A stretch of DNA of 64,000 nt. Source: Candidatus Thorarchaeota archaeon (lineage in GTDB: Archaea > Asgardarchaeota > Thorarchaeia > Thorarchaeales > Thorarchaeaceae). Under the pieces are notes generated by a model. The model was not told the origin of the DNA. It made no database searches and was given only the letters and a program-made list of their open reading frames with translations. Every line of letters begins with the position of its first letter. The stretch's first letter is position 1. Position numbers and translations under genes: made by a program. Shown piece by piece: positions 62,856 to 64,000 of the stretch. The DNA lies in assembly GCA_048884785.1 (NCBI GenBank), contig JBHLQM010000003.1:70813-134812 (forward strand). Reading direction: 5' to 3'.

Positions 62856-64000
62856 TCATGTAAGTCTTTCAACAATAATATCTACTATACTTCTCGCAAT
62901 ATCTGCTTTCGAAGCAAGCGCAAGTTTTATGCTAAATCCTTCAGCACCAACAACAATTACCTCATTCGTATCTGTCCCGAAAGCAACTCCTTCTCTCTTT
63001 GCATCGTTTGCTACAACTAGATTGCATACTCCTGTTTCTATCTTCACTCGTGCTCTTTTCTCAAGTTCTTTATCAGTGACCCCTGATTCAACCTTAAATC
63101 CAACAACAAACAGGTTCTTGTGCTTCTTCCTTACCTCGTCTATTATCTTCGGTGTAGGCTTCAGCTTTAGGTCATAGGCTTGATCTGATGGACGTTTTCT
63201 ATCCTCAACTTCCTCAGGAACATAATCGAGCACAGCAGCAGATGAAACGAATGCTGTGGTATCGTCTTTGATCTCTTGCATCACCGCTTTGAGCATATCC
63301 TCAGTGGTTTCAACTCTGATTGTTTTTGCTCCGATAGGTGGGTCCACACAGGTGGGCCCCAGAATCAGTGCGACTTCTCCTCCGCGCATAATCATTTCTT
63401 TGGCGATAGCCACACCCATCTTTCCTGTAGATGGATTAGTAATAAACCGGACACGATCTAACCATCCCTTGGTTGGTCCTGCAGTAATCACAAACCGCTT
63501 CCCAACAAGATCCTGTTTTCCAAGTCTTCCGATGACATGCTCCACGATAGTTTCTGCATCGGGTATCTTCGCTTTCGCCTCCTCCATTCTGGGGGACACA
63601 AAGCTGACTCCCATCCTCTTCAGCCGCTCAATATTTTCCAACACTGCTGGATGGTCGTACATAGACTTGTGCATAGCGGGGACAATAATCAGCGGGATTT
63701 TAGCTCCTATTGCAGAAGAGGCGGTTGTTGTAACAGAGGTATCATCAATGCCATTTGCTATCTTGCCAATTGTGTTGGCAGTTGATGGTGCGATTAGCAC
63801 TAGATCCACTCGGTCTTCATGTTTTCCCGCAAGTGTGATGTGCTCTATCTGACCTGTCAGGTCTGTCACGACTGGATTCCCTGTCGCCCACTCCATCAAA
63901 TGCGGATGAATGATCTTCTGACTTGCTTTGCTCATGACACAATACACCTCTGCACCATGGCGCATCAATAGACGAGCAATGTTCACACATTCTACAGCCG
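62856..64000 (-). CDS. coaBC: bifunctional phosphopantothenoylcysteine decarboxylase/synthetase (N-terminus beyond window end)
   Basis: Flavoprotein half (LIAPSTANTIGKIANGIDD) plus DFP/CoaB half (ITAGPTKGWLDRVRFITNPSTGKMG). The frame stays open upstream of GTG 63986 to the window edge. Confidence 0.85.
   Translation of the reverse strand, partial: AVECVNIARLLMRHGAEVYCVMSKASQKIIHPHLMEWATGNPVVTDLTGQIEHITLAGKHEDRVDLVLIAPSTANTIGKIANGIDDTSVTTTASSAIGAKIPLIIVPAMHKSMYDHPAVLENIERLKRMGVSFVSPRMEEAKAKIPDAETIVEHVIGRLGKQDLVGKRFVITAGPTKGWLDRVRFITNPSTGKMGVAIAKEMIMRGGEVALILGPTCVDPPIGAKTIRVETTEDMLKAVMQEIKDDTTAFVSSAAVLDYVPEEVEDRKRPSDQAYDLKLKPTPKIIDEVRKKHKNLFVVGFKVESGVTDKELEKRARVKIETGVCNLVVANDAKREGVAFGTDTNEVIVVGAEGFSIKLALASKADIARSIVDIIVERLT

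Noticed and set aside
63256-63852. 198-aa plus-strand ORF (plus others such as 12290-12634, 24031-24396, 28604-28987, 18086-18547 and 21322-21988)
   Set aside because: These are antisense or alternative-frame ORFs fully embedded in genes with strong family motifs (coaBC, glnA, ABC ATPase, CDP-alcohol transferase, Roadblock paralogs). Their composition is typical of shadow ORFs.

Overview
This window is a dense, almost entirely protein-coding chromosomal segment of an archaeon. It holds about 70 CDS on both strands, with several 4-36 nt gene overlaps and many TTG/GTG starts. Archaeal identity is supported by aIF5A with the hypusine loop, class I LysRS, the class I CCA-adding enzyme, RtcB, TrmY, a PAC2-type chaperone, an archaetidylinositol-phosphate-synthase-like CDP-alcohol transferase, and ribosomal proteins eL13 and eS26. 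The window also carries three Ras-superfamily small GTPases, five Roadblock/LC7 or longin-like domains, three V4R (Bet3-related) proteins and several SNAP/TPR-like solenoids. That load suggests an Asgard-type lineage, which is an inference I cannot verify without database searches. I recognise no rRNA, tRNA, CRISPR array, transposase or integrase. The main observations are: (1) selD carries an in-frame UGA (55284-55286) at the catalytic Cys/Sec position, so the ORF track truncates the gene and the organism probably decodes selenocysteine. (2) A duplicated gene pair encodes a Roadblock + winged-helix fusion followed by a V4R protein (17.9-22.9 kb), with embedded membrane proteins; it may be a TRAPP-like GTPase-regulator module. 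(3) An MglA-type GTPase and a stand-alone Roadblock protein bracket a TPR protein and a 1287-aa surface protein with a caspase-fold (C25-like) His/Cys dyad (56.8-62.8 kb). (4) One protein fuses a longin-like domain, a small GTPase and a 355-aa acidic tail (49.8-51.7 kb). (5) A hairpin-rich, GC-elevated 250-nt intergenic segment (49.39-49.64 kb) looks like a structured RNA of unresolved class. (6) A long-range inverted repeat and a palindrome lie upstream of a DUF4430/S-component operon (46.2-46.45 kb). All functional calls rest on motif recognition by eye. No alignments or searches were run.
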